NCBI GenBank assembly: GCA_045863295.1
Contig: BTWA01000038.1
Location: 1-48,316, forward strand
Direction: 5' to 3'
Origin: Candidatus Hydrogenedentota bacterium
GTDB lineage: Bacteria > Hydrogenedentota > Hydrogenedentia > Hydrogenedentales > SLHB01
DNA length: 48,316 bases
Every line of letters begins with the position of its first letter. The first letter of the stretch is position 1. Both the position numbers and the translations under genes were made by a program. The notes below the pieces were generated by a model. That model did not search any database. It was not told the DNA's origin and was given only the letters and a program-made list of their open reading frames with translations. Of this stretch, positions 1 to 8,962 are shown piece after piece.

Positions 1-262
1 CTCGAATCCCTCGTATTCACTATTCAATGTTGTCACTTTCTGCAGTGTATTCAGCCTTCATGTACCAGATCGAAATGGACCCCAAAATGGATGGGCTCGC
101 AGTTTTCAAAATCGTAACCGCATAAGCGAATCAAGATATGCGAGTTATGCAACAAGTGACTATCTATTGCATTATTTGTGCGTTACTATAATACCCTTTA
201 AGGGAAACATAAGAAATCGAGGTAGTTCTGGCAAATGTAGTTAATCTTATTGCATTCGTTTA

Positions 263-3200
263 CTACTTTCTCCCCATTGCCCCCAGGATCACCTGAGACA
301 CGGCCCTCTTGAGCGATTTCCCCTCCACCTCGTCCGTGTGGCGGTATTTCACCTTCACCTTGTACCCGCGTACCGTCTGCTCGGTGTAAGCGGCGCTGAC
401 CTCCATGGTCTCGATGTATTGAAAAAGTGCCCCAGTATCCACGAAGTGAATTCTTCCCACTTCAGTAGACGTGAAGTGTTCACGTGCCATGCATTCAATT
501 TCCCCGAGTTTCTTCGCGTCATTGGATACAGCCATGATATACGTGAAACTACAAGCCAGACACTTCTTGAGATTATCCAATTCATGGCCCGGCGACGTGG
601 TGACCGCTATTTCACAGGCGATGGACACCTTTCCTTTTTCCAGGACCACATCCACGCTGGCCCCTTCACCTAATTGCTTCTCAATGGTCGCGCGATAACC
701 CAACCCTTCCCCCATCCGCTTGATCAATTGCTGAAGATAGCGGTGCTCAGGCCCGCCTTTGCCCATGACGAGGGTTTTACTCACGGTACCCTTAGGCTTC
801 TCCGTAGGAATCACCGTGGTCGCAGCGATGGGCGCTACTTCGACGGGTGTGGTGTTTTCCTTTCCATTGGATGGCTTATCAGCGGAAACCTTAATGGGCG
901 ATGATTTGGCCTCGTCATCTCGCGTCCATGCTTTCTCTAAGGCACCCACAACCGAATCCAGCGGCGTACCGTATCGCTTCCGGGAAAGTGTAACAATCCG
1001 ATTCCGTATATCTTCCGCCAGCGCTACATCTACGCCCTTGGGCTGTGATACAGTAAGACTAAAATCGCACTCGGCCCGTTCAATGCGGCCGAGGGCCTGT
1101 CCAGTACCCAGATTCAACAGGTCCGTGGATTCAAAATAACTCATGCCCTCGGCCAACTTTTTGGCGTCGGCTTCGCCCACACGAAAGCAGACCCGTGTAT
1201 GCGGATTGGACAAGGCAGCACTGGCCACCTCACTATCTCGTTTTTCCAGTTGCCGCAGTTCCTGGTGCGCCAGCACCAAACCCAACCGATACTTCCTTAC
1301 ACCCGAGAGGATGGAAGCCATGGACGGCGTCAGGAAGTTTTGGAATTCATCGATGTACAAATAGAACGGCCGGCGAGCACGCACCTGCATCTCCTGCCGA
1401 CTCAGCGTCACCTGGTGAAACTTGGAGACCAGCAACGTGCCCAGTAGGTAGGCATTCTCTTCGCCAATGGCCCCTTGGGAGAGTTTCGCCAAGAAGATCT
1501 TGCCGCTGTTCATGATGTCCGCAAAGTCCAGGCGGTTTTCTTTTTGGCCAACCATGTACCGGATGAGTTTGGGGCGCAGGAACGCGTCCAATCGGGTCAA
1601 AATGGGTCCTTGAGGCCTGCCGACAAGCAGAGGAAACTCCTTTTCCCAGTAGTAGACCACATCACGATCCTGGACCGTTTTGAGGAACTCCTGCCGGTAG
1701 CTTTTGTCCACCAGGAAGTGACGTAGATCCGAGAGCGTCCCGCCCCGCTCGCTTTCCAGTATCGCCAGAATGGCATTGGACAGAACCGTGGTCATCTGGT
1801 CGCCCCAGCTCGTGGAAAGGCGCTGAAACACGGCCACGAGGTCGGAGGCAATCAGGGTCTTTTCCAGTTCCGAGTGGGCGGCCAGGATATTGAAACCAAT
1901 CGGATGCTCGCTGTCGGAGGGGTCAAAGAGGACCACGTCCTTGTGGCGGTGTTCCGGGATTCGGGCCAGGATGTCATCAATCAGATCGCCGTGGGGATCC
2001 ATGACACCAATGCCCCGGCCAGCCTCGATGTCCTGGGTGATCATAGTCAAAAGGAGCGTCGACTTGCCGGTACCGGAGGCACCCACCACATACATGTGCC
2101 GGACCCGCTGGTCTGCGCTTAGAGTTACGGGTTTCGTGCGGCCGTTATGAGTATTGAGACCCAGAACGACCTCCCCATCCAGCGGATTGTCCGGGGCGGT
2201 CTTGGTACGCGAGACTTTGCGGTTGAGTTTCTCGGCCCGGACCGCCAGGGACGGCAAATGGACCAACGAGACCAGTTCCTCGGCATTGAGGATCATGCCG
2301 CTCCGTCGCGTTTGCCGTTTCAGCAGGGCATGGAGATGGTCGAGATTTGGATACTCGTCATTGTTCAACGGGATTAGTTCGTTACTGGAAGGATCGCCAA
2401 ACTGAGACAGGCCGCTACCCAGATTCCGGACGATGTGCCACGCCCGCTGGGGAACCGCGCTCTTTCCGGCTACCCGAAGGACGGCGGCGAAGAGCGGCTG
2501 GGCAATCTTTTGCCTAGCCAATGCCGGCATCTCCGGGGCATCCACAAAAAAGCTGTCTCCCTCCCAATCCGTGACGGAGTGCAGGATGCTCTCGGCCCAA
2601 GGGCACCGGACAGGCTGGAAGAGTACCTGAAACACCCCCACATCACCGGGGGCAAAAGAGTCCAGAGCGCCAAACACACCGACAAACGGATCCGCGTCAA
2701 AGTTGCGAAACGATCTCAACGGGCGTACAAACTCGTTGGACAAGCCGAAGTCTACAATGACATTTTGTCCACTCGACACACTACGCCACGCCTGGTCCAG
2801 CGCATCTTTTCCACCGGTCACCCGAATGTCCGGGTAGTGGGCCCGCAGTTGCTGATGCACCTGTGCGCCATCCGGTTCTTCGCAGGTGAATTGCACCACA
2901 ATGGCGTTGTGCGTGGCGATCAATTCAAAACAGACCAGCCCTTGGCAATACGCCAAGTTAAGCAGGAAATGGCCGGCCGTCTCCTTGGCCACCTTCATGT
3001 CACGGGGGAGGATAACCTGCAGGTGGCACAGAGACGAGGCCGCGAGGACACCATCGGGTAGCGCCGGGGGAGACTCTTGAACGGCCACTACTGCCTCCAT
3101 TGGCAAGTCGCGGCGACCGAAAAGCGTATTAATCAAGCGCTGGACAAACGGCTCCCGGCGGCCGTCATCGGGGGTAGGGACATCCGGGAGGTAATAATAA

Positions 3201-3361
3201 AAGGGCTCAAACGGGGGTTCCAAGGCCACCGGCCGATCCCACACCTGCCAGCCCCGGCCCCGGCGTTCCCAGGCATAGAATTGCCGCGTCAGCTCTTCGG
3301 GCAAGAAGAGGGGTTGCCGACGTACGACTTGAACGGGATGTTCTTGCACCTGACTGTTCAT
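263..3361 (-). CDS. VirD4/TraD-like (HerA/FtsK superfamily) coupling ATPase with probable C-terminal PD-(D/E)XK nuclease-like domain
   Basis: 1032 aa. Walker A GASGTGKS, DPHGDL motif, Walker B YLYIDEFQNF and 'RKYRLGLVLAHQ', all typical of T4SS coupling-like ATPases. The C-terminal 'EHRYLQ...EK...VDVVL...IACEIAVT' resembles a restriction-endonuclease fold. Confidence 0.85.
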   Translation of the reverse strand: MNSQVQEHPVQVVRRQPLFLPEELTRQFYAWERRGRGWQVWDRPVALEPPFEPFYYYLPDVPTPDDGRREPFVQRLINTLFGRRDLPMEAVVAVQESPPALPDGVLAASSLCHLQVILPRDMKVAKETAGHFLLNLAYCQGLVCFELIATHNAIVVQFTCEEPDGAQVHQQLRAHYPDIRVTGGKDALDQAWRSVSSGQNVIVDFGLSNEFVRPLRSFRNFDADPFVGVFGALDSFAPGDVGVFQVLFQPVRCPWAESILHSVTDWEGDSFFVDAPEMPALARQKIAQPLFAAVLRVAGKSAVPQRAWHIVRNLGSGLSQFGDPSSNELIPLNNDEYPNLDHLHALLKRQTRRSGMILNAEELVSLVHLPSLAVRAEKLNRKVSRTKTAPDNPLDGEVVLGLNTHNGRTKPVTLSADQRVRHMYVVGASGTGKSTLLLTMITQDIEAGRGIGVMDPHGDLIDDILARIPEHRHKDVVLFDPSDSEHPIGFNILAAHSELEKTLIASDLVAVFQRLSTSWGDQMTTVLSNAILAILESERGGTLSDLRHFLVDKSYRQEFLKTVQDRDVVYYWEKEFPLLVGRPQGPILTRLDAFLRPKLIRYMVGQKENRLDFADIMNSGKIFLAKLSQGAIGEENAYLLGTLLVSKFHQVTLSRQEMQVRARRPFYLYIDEFQNFLTPSMASILSGVRKYRLGLVLAHQELRQLEKRDSEVASAALSNPHTRVCFRVGEADAKKLAEGMSYFESTDLLNLGTGQALGRIERAECDFSLTVSQPKGVDVALAEDIRNRIVTLSRKRYGTPLDSVVGALEKAWTRDDEAKSSPIKVSADKPSNGKENTTPVEVAPIAATTVIPTEKPKGTVSKTLVMGKGGPEHRYLQQLIKRMGEGLGYRATIEKQLGEGASVDVVLEKGKVSIACEIAVTTSPGHELDNLKKCLACSFTYIMAVSNDAKKLGEIECMAREHFTSTEVGRIHFVDTGALFQYIETMEVSAAYTEQTVRGYKVKVKYRHTDEVEGKSLKRAVSQVILGAMGRK

Positions 3362-3861
3362 CGGTCAAAGAAGTTCCGCATGACAGGTTTGCGCTCACCT
3401 TCCGAGAGGGCCCGGATGCCTTTCGTCTTGGAAACATGATCAACCACTTCCAAGACGGCGGAATGGACGGACTCTTGGAACATGAGCGCGGTATCGTATT
3501 TAAAATACGTCATCCGGGGCGCGAAGACCCAGGCAATCTTATCCAACAGCGGCAATGCCAGACAGATGCCAAAGCAACCGATGGGCGGTTCGCTCAACCA
3601 CCAGGAAAAAAAGAAACTGTTGCCAAACGGCGCGCCACAGATATCGAAAAAATGGTTCTTGCGCCACACCCGCAAATAGAGTCGCTTGGCCGAGAGAAAG
3701 CCCGACTCATACAACTCAACACGCGAAACCTGCGTGTCCGGAATCTTTCGTTTGGCGATGGCTTGCTCCACCACGTCATAGAATTGCTGCGTGGAACAAT
3801 GGAACCCCTCCAAAAGACAGTCCCAATGCGAGATGACATCGTCCAATTTTGAGTGCGCCAC
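3358..3861 (-). CDS. Hypothetical protein with a central hydrophobic segment
   Basis: 167 aa. Its stop overlaps the ATPase start (ATGA, 3358-3361), suggesting translational coupling. Hydrophobic stretch FFFSWWL...CLALPLL. Confidence 0.7.
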   Translation of the reverse strand: MAHSKLDDVISHWDCLLEGFHCSTQQFYDVVEQAIAKRKIPDTQVSRVELYESGFLSAKRLYLRVWRKNHFFDICGAPFGNSFFFSWWLSEPPIGCFGICLALPLLDKIAWVFAPRMTYFKYDTALMFQESVHSAVLEVVDHVSKTKGIRALSEGERKPVMRNFFDR

Positions 3862-3944
3862 GTGCCAGTCCCCTCATGTTCCCACGACGCACGTTGCGCG
3901 AGGCTTAATTGTATCCACGATACGGAAATTCCGCAAGCAGTTTT

Positions 3945-5134
3945 CTAGTGCTCCCTCATAGGCGAAACTCTATGAGGTGGGAGGGTAATCGCGCTAAAGG
4001 GCGGAGAAACCTGCCCGTCAATCAGCAGTTTCAAGTAGATGTGGTGATTCGGCAGATTCGTGATATCCGTCATGGAAAAGTGGGGATAAAACTCGTTCGC
4101 AAGCACTTCCGCGTCCGTCGCCCCTACCCGGAAAGAAATCAGGGTGCCGACATTGCCGAGAATGGCCTCTTTCACCAGGGGGTCGACTTGGGCAAGGTAC
4201 TGATGGGCCAAGACCATCCCGACCCGGTATTTCCTGAGTTCCGATAGCATGGTAATAGAGGCTCTGGAAGTAAACGTATGAAACTCATCCAAGTAGACGA
4301 AGAAATCCCGACGGTGCAATGGATCCGAATCGGCCCGGCTCAAGGCCGCGAGGTTTAGGCGGGACACCAGCAAAGAACCGAGGAGGGCGGCATTCTCCTC
4401 CCCTATACGTCCCTTGCTCAGATTAACAATGAGAATCTTGCCTTCGTCCATGATTTCACGCAGCCGAAGGCGTTTGCTAGGCGTCGTCAGGATTTGTCGC
4501 AATGTCGGGTCCGTCAGGCAGGCCCCCACTTTGTTTTGCACCGGGGCTATTGCCTCGGCCCGTAGCCGTTCCGGGTAGCGTTCAGCCAGAAGCGTTGGAC
4601 CTCCGGGTTGGTGGAGGCCTTGGCGACGGCCGTGCGATACGCCTTGTCGTCAAAGAGCCGGAGAATATCGGACAGGGTAGCGTCCTGCCTTTCCAACAGG
4701 GCGAAGGTGGCGTTGCGCAGCAGATGTTCCAGGCGCGGTCCCCACGAATCGCCCCAGAGTTTCTTGAAGGCATCCATCAATCCCGCCGCCGCCAAGCTGC
4801 GCCGCGCGGCCGGCACATACTCCAGGGGATTGAATCCGATACCCTCCCGGTTATCCGGAACATTGAAAAAGACCAGATTGGCCTTGCGGTGCTCTGGGAT
4901 ATACCGCATCACCTGCGCGGCCAATTCGCCGTGCGGGTCAAGCAATGCCAGGCCCCGCCCTTGTTCCATGTCCTGTTTGATCAACGAGGCCAACAGGGTG
5001 GATTTGCCCACGCCCGTCATACCAATCACGTACATGTGGTTGAACCGGTCTTCTTGGCGAATGCCGAACACCCGATGCGTACCCCTGGCGTTGGTGGCCG
5101 CAAAGTAGGAAACGGTATGGGTCCCTTTAAACAT
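3945..5134 (-). pseudogene. Second VirD4/TraD-like ATPase, split by a frameshift at ~4581
   Basis: The 5' part (4547-5134) has GMTGVGKS and DPHGEL. The 3' part (3945-4541) has FVYLDEFHTF and RKYRVGMVLAHQ. At the junction 'TTC TGG CTG AA|CGC TAC CCG GAA CGG CTA CGG GCC GAG GCA ATA GCC CCG' the family-like RYPERLRAEAIAPVQNK continues in another frame. Confidence 0.85.
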
Positions 5135-5283
5135 TGGACCACGATCGCACGCCAGACTTGACGCACAAAGGGTGCTGTCACTGGCAACCTCGTCACGCCT
5201 GACCGCCTTTTTCCGTTTTTCTCTTGGCCTACTCTGGGTACAGCTTCTGCACCTTCAAACTACCAACCCAAGGAGACCAAGTC

Positions 5284-6132
5284 ATGGAAGCAAGTGCACG
5301 AATGTCCGAGTGTCAACAGAAGGAGAATCCCGTTTTCGTGGTCATCGCGGTGGGCGATGGATTCGATGTCTACAAGCCGGAGAACCCGGACGTAGTCCAT
5401 CGGGTCACCGGCAACCCGGAGTCGCCGGAATGCACATGCGCGGACTACCAATGGCGAGGCAGTAAGTCCGGTGTGCCGTGCGACCACATCAAGGCGGTCT
5501 TTCGCTATGTGGCACCTGCCAATGGACAAAGGGAATCACAAGAGAGTGAATCCAATCGGCTTGGATCGCAAGCGGAACCCGATACGGCTTCAAACGGGTC
5601 TTTTGAGATCGACGGCGCCCCGTCCCTACTGGGATTGAAACGCAGTGTCAGTCTCGATGGAAGGATCAATTCCTTGTCCGTGGAAATGACGCTGCCCATC
5701 CAAGGGCTGACGCCCGAAATGGCCCAGCGCAATGCTGCCAAAGCCCTTCGATTGCAAGAGGCCGTTGCCCGGCAGTTCCTGGCACAAGGCGACGGGCACT
5801 CGGCCAATGGGGATCCCGGCCACGAAACCGGGAATGGAAACGGAACGCGCCCGGCCTATCTGCGCGACATCGGCGGCATGCAAACCCGCAACGGGTGGCG
5901 TTACATCGTCAATGTCGAGATTGACGGCCAGACCTACAAACTCTTCGGCACGCGGCGACAGGTCAGCGACCAGTTGCGCAATGCGGGACACGCCCGGTTC
6001 TCCGATCAGGTGAACAAGGGGACCCGGCTCAACGTGCCATGCCGCGCGGTGCTGGAATCCAGCGAAGACGGCCGGTACGTCAATGTCGTTGAGTTGTTGC
6101 CGGTCCAAACCGGCTCAGGGAACGGGAGGTAA
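5284..6132 (+). CDS. SWIM zinc-finger domain protein
   Basis: CTCADY...PCDH fits the SWIM CxC...CxH pattern. An AGGAG RBS at 5271 supports ATG 5284 over the ORF-track start at 5224. Confidence 0.75.
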   Translation: MEASARMSECQQKENPVFVVIAVGDGFDVYKPENPDVVHRVTGNPESPECTCADYQWRGSKSGVPCDHIKAVFRYVAPANGQRESQESESNRLGSQAEPDTASNGSFEIDGAPSLLGLKRSVSLDGRINSLSVEMTLPIQGLTPEMAQRNAAKALRLQEAVARQFLAQGDGHSANGDPGHETGNGNGTRPAYLRDIGGMQTRNGWRYIVNVEIDGQTYKLFGTRRQVSDQLRNAGHARFSDQVNKGTRLNVPCRAVLESSEDGRYVNVVELLPVQTGSGNGR

Positions 6133-6135
6133 GCC

Positions 6136-6930
6136 ATGAGCGCGGCATTCCCATTAGTCACGAGCCCGGAGTACAAGGCCCACCTCCCCTACCTCTCCCA
6201 CTCCCGGGTCAACCGGTATCTCCTATGTCCGGAACAGTACCGCTTGTACTACATTGAAGGTCTGCGGCCACGGATTTCCTCGGCCAGCCTGGAGTTTGGT
6301 CATTGCATCCACCACGCCTTGGCCGGGTTGTTTCAGTCCGAGAAGGACCCCATCAGCCTCTTTCTGGAGACCTGGGACACGCTGAAGGACGTCCCCTTGC
6401 AGTACTCGCGTCAGGAGACGTGGGACAAACTCCGTGAACGAGGCCAGATGCTCCTGTCCAAGTTTGTCTTGGAGGAACATTGGCGGATCAGTTGCGTGGA
6501 GGCGTCGGAGCGGCCGTTTGAATTGGAGGTGTCCTCGTTGGAGACCCCGCTGGTCGGGATCATCGATCTAGTGGCCCGAGTCGAGGGGGTTGTCAGCGTG
6601 GTGGACTTCAAGACCTCCGGATCGGCCTACCAAGACCATGAATCGGCGCTGTCCGACCAACTGACGGCCTACCAGATCGCCGTGCCGCACGCCAAACAAT
6701 GCGTGTTCTGCGTCTTCGTCAAGACCAAGGAACCGCGCATCGAATGGCATTACTCGACACGGATTGGCCGGGATTTGATGGACTACTTGACCAAGGTTGG
6801 ACTCGTAGGCCGTCAAATTGCCGCAGGGCAATTCTACAAGCGGCCCGGCAAATGGTGTGCCCAATGCGATTTTCTGCCCGTTTGCCTGGGTGACCGCAAA
6901 CGCGTTGAAGAGACTTTGACTACCGTTTGA
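6136..6930 (+). CDS. PD-(D/E)XK nuclease, RecB/AddB/Cas4-like with four-Cys Fe-S motif
   Basis: LSHSR..YLLCP, G..IH, E..F, GIIDLV, VVDFKT, QL..Y and C-terminal WCAQCDFLPVC. GGAGG RBS just upstream. Confidence 0.88.
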   Translation: MSAAFPLVTSPEYKAHLPYLSHSRVNRYLLCPEQYRLYYIEGLRPRISSASLEFGHCIHHALAGLFQSEKDPISLFLETWDTLKDVPLQYSRQETWDKLRERGQMLLSKFVLEEHWRISCVEASERPFELEVSSLETPLVGIIDLVARVEGVVSVVDFKTSGSAYQDHESALSDQLTAYQIAVPHAKQCVFCVFVKTKEPRIEWHYSTRIGRDLMDYLTKVGLVGRQIAAGQFYKRPGKWCAQCDFLPVCLGDRKRVEETLTTV

Positions 6931-6939
6931 CCCACTTTT

Positions 6940-6964
6940 GCCAGCACCCTGTGCTGGCTTTTTC
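6940..6964 (+). terminator. Rho-independent terminator after the nuclease gene
   Basis: Perfect 8-bp stem GCCAGCAC-CCT-GTGCTGGC followed by TTTTTT, 10 nt after the stop. Confidence 0.8.
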
Positions 6965-7022
6965 TTGGTGCACTTGGGGTAGGAAGGAACCGACACCGGA
7001 CAAAGCTGATTTTGATGCGCCA

Positions 7023-7487
7023 TTACGCCTTGCGCTTCCAACGGTACTTGGAAGTCCAGACATCGTCCAATAGATTGTCGTACCAGGTGCAACGGCCAGT
7101 CATTTCCCGTGAGTCCGCGTTGATTTTCAATACAAAACTCCCGGTGCCCGCCAACACATGGGAATCCTTGCGCCGGAATGTCCCGTAGAAGACATTTCGC
7201 TTGACTATGCCTTGGTATTCAAATGGGTCACCGGGTTCGCCGTGGATATGACCCGTACCGCGGATAAGACGGCCGAATTGAAGGATTGTCGCGTCTATAG
7301 CTTGGGTACGGACCTTTCCTTTTGGACTTGGCTCAGTGAACGTCACTAACCAGGTGCTCTCCAAGTCGGCCACGTCGCCGACCATTCGGGTGCAGATCCG
7401 GGCTAGTTGGCGTTGAATCGCAGGGGTCAAAAGGCGAGCGAGAATGGCCAGAAAGTAGGCAGCGGCTTCGTAGATAGAGTGTTTCAT
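7023..7487 (-). CDS. Hypothetical protein: N-terminal hydrophobic helix plus beta-strand-rich domain (possibly Cap15/S-2TMbeta-like barrel)
   Basis: 154 aa with an ATGA overlap with the GNAT stop. The pattern L.STW...ILQ.G..IRG...GSFVLKI...MTG..WYD...YRW.R suggests an 8-stranded barrel; judged by eye only. Confidence 0.55.
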   Translation of the reverse strand: MKHSIYEAAAYFLAILARLLTPAIQRQLARICTRMVGDVADLESTWLVTFTEPSPKGKVRTQAIDATILQFGRLIRGTGHIHGEPGDPFEYQGIVKRNVFYGTFRRKDSHVLAGTGSFVLKINADSREMTGRCTWYDNLLDDVWTSKYRWKRKA

Positions 7488-8038
7488 GGTTGAACATGGG
7501 TTAAATCCTTATAATATACGACCATGTCGTCGCCGGAGGGCAGATAAGACGTGACGTAGCCTCCTAGACGAAATCCTCGGGCACAGTAGAAATCTCTTGC
7601 CTTTTGAAACTCTGGGCTGCTGTAAGTCTCAACGTAAAGTTTTTTGAATCCATCATGCCTCGCCCGGTCAAGAAGCCGATTGAGTAGGCGAGTGCCCAAT
7701 CCCTGACCCTGCTTTCTAGGATCCACGGCGAACCATGCGAGCCACACATTCTTTGGTGGTCCCCAAGCATAATGGTGCAACCCACCAATGCCAGCAACTG
7801 AATTATCAACCAACAGCAGTTCGTACACTCTGCCGTCCGGAATGCCATTTTTCTGGCAATTCAAGTGTGTTATCAGCGTTGTGTGGGCTTGATGCTCCTC
7901 ATCACTATTCATGGCTGCACCAATGAGCCCGCACACCAACTGCAAGTCCGCTTCCTGAAGGCCGCGAAATGCGATCCGCTCTTTCAGAAGTTGGTCTGCA
8001 GTCGACGAAGCAATCACCTCTAAAGCCGCCTGTTCCAC
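7484..8038 (-). CDS. GNAT family N-acetyltransferase
   Basis: Acetyl-CoA motif FAVDPRKQGQGLGTRLL and ARDFY..RGF. Start moved to GTG 8038 (GGAG upstream) because the longer ORF (to 8131) overlaps the divergent HTH gene. Confidence 0.85.
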   Translation of the reverse strand: MEQAALEVIASSTADQLLKERIAFRGLQEADLQLVCGLIGAAMNSDEEHQAHTTLITHLNCQKNGIPDGRVYELLLVDNSVAGIGGLHHYAWGPPKNVWLAWFAVDPRKQGQGLGTRLLNRLLDRARHDGFKKLYVETYSSPEFQKARDFYCARGFRLGGYVTSYLPSGDDMVVYYKDLTHVQP

Positions 8039-8115
8039 GAACTCCCAAGCCTCCAATACTTCCCATATGTGGGAAATTATACCTGATAGATTTCTGTCCC
8101 ACAAGTGGGAATAAA

Positions 8116-8319
8116 ATGAAATCGTTAGCAATTAGATTGGGCGAGCATCTACGGGAGTTGCGGGGCGAAGAGTCGCAGCTTCAGTTCGCTAAGAAGTTGG
8201 GCATCTCGAAGTCTTCCTTAAACCGAATCGAGATCGGTGAGCAGAATATTTCTCTAAAGACTTTGGAGAATCTGTGTAAGAGGCTCAAGTGTGATATTGG
8301 GGAGTTGTTTCCGATGTAA
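8116..8319 (+). CDS. XRE/Cro-family HTH transcriptional regulator (67 aa)
   Basis: LGEHLRELR..SQLQFAKKLGISKSSLNRIEIGEQNISLKTLENLCKRL is a typical HTH_3 domain. ATG at 8116. Confidence 0.88.
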   Translation: MKSLAIRLGEHLRELRGEESQLQFAKKLGISKSSLNRIEIGEQNISLKTLENLCKRLKCDIGELFPM

Positions 8320-8334
8320 GCGAATTCGAATCGG

Positions 8335-8841
8335 ATTCAAAAAAGAAGCGAAGCATTTCGACGCGGACGCACGATGCGCTTGGATAAATCCTGGCCGTTG
8401 CTCGACACGATTGGAAACTGGCCCGACGAACAACAACGAAACGTGCTGCCCAAAAGTCCCATCGGAATCGCGATTGCCGACGCGCTAAACCACTGGGCCG
8501 CGCTCGCGCGGTTGCTCGACGACGGCATCATCGCCATTGACAACAACGCCGCCGAACAAGCCGTCCGCGGAATTGCTATTGGACGCAAGAACTGGCTATT
8601 CCTGGGAAGCGACAACGGAGGACGCGCCGCCGCCATCCACTACACCCTCATCCAGACCGCCAAACGACACGGCATCGACCCCTACGTGTATATACGCAAC
8701 GTCCTTCTCCGCCTCACCACCGAACCCACCCTCGACCTCCGCCAACTCTTCCCCGACCAATGGAAAACCCCAATCCAAGGCTGAACAATTCCTCCCGCAA
8801 AACCCGTCACGCGGGCACCATGGTGACTACCGGACGTTTAC
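8335..8841 (+). mobile_element. IS66-family remnant: 3' part of the TnpC transposase (frameshifted near 8380) and right terminal repeat
   Basis: LPKSPIG.AI..ALNHW...IDNN.AE.AVRGIAIGRKNWLF.GSD.GG.AAA..YTLIQTAK..GIDP is the IS66 TnpC C-terminus. EAKHFDADAR lies upstream in another frame. The element ends ...CCGGACGTTTAC at 8841, matching IS66 GTAA-type ends. Confidence 0.88.
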
Positions 8842-8898
8842 CAAAAATGGGGGTAACTTCGGAATGGCTCGACGCGCTTGAGCATGTTGTCTCCGTTG

Positions 8899-8924
8899 GG
8901 AAAAAGTGGCTGTCCCCATTTTCC
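8899..8924. repeat. Imperfect palindrome, REP-like
   Basis: GGAAAAAGTGGCTGTCCCCATTTTCC forms an imperfect hairpin around a CTGTC core. Only one clear copy in the window. Confidence 0.35.
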
Positions 8925-8962
8925 ATCCGATCGCACGGATACCATGGTGTCCGCCGGATCAG

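Noticed and set aside
1..262. Gene or RNA in the AT-rich left end
   Set aside because: Only very short frames and no recognisable structure. It may be the promoter region of a gene outside the window.
6136..6930. Cas4 as part of a CRISPR-Cas locus
   Set aside because: I found no cas1/cas2, other cas genes or repeat-spacer array in the window. It is treated as a solo PD-(D/E)XK nuclease.
6966..6995. Possible tRNA 3'-end/att remnant on the minus strand (GGTTC...GTGCACCA)
   Set aside because: The T-loop and spacing to CCA do not fit a tRNA, the stem has a mismatch, and there is no second copy.
8316..8841. Complete miniature IS66 with a left end at GTAAGCG (8316)
   Set aside because: The match to the right end is only 6 of 7 nt, there is no 8-bp target duplication, and transposase homology starts mid-gene.
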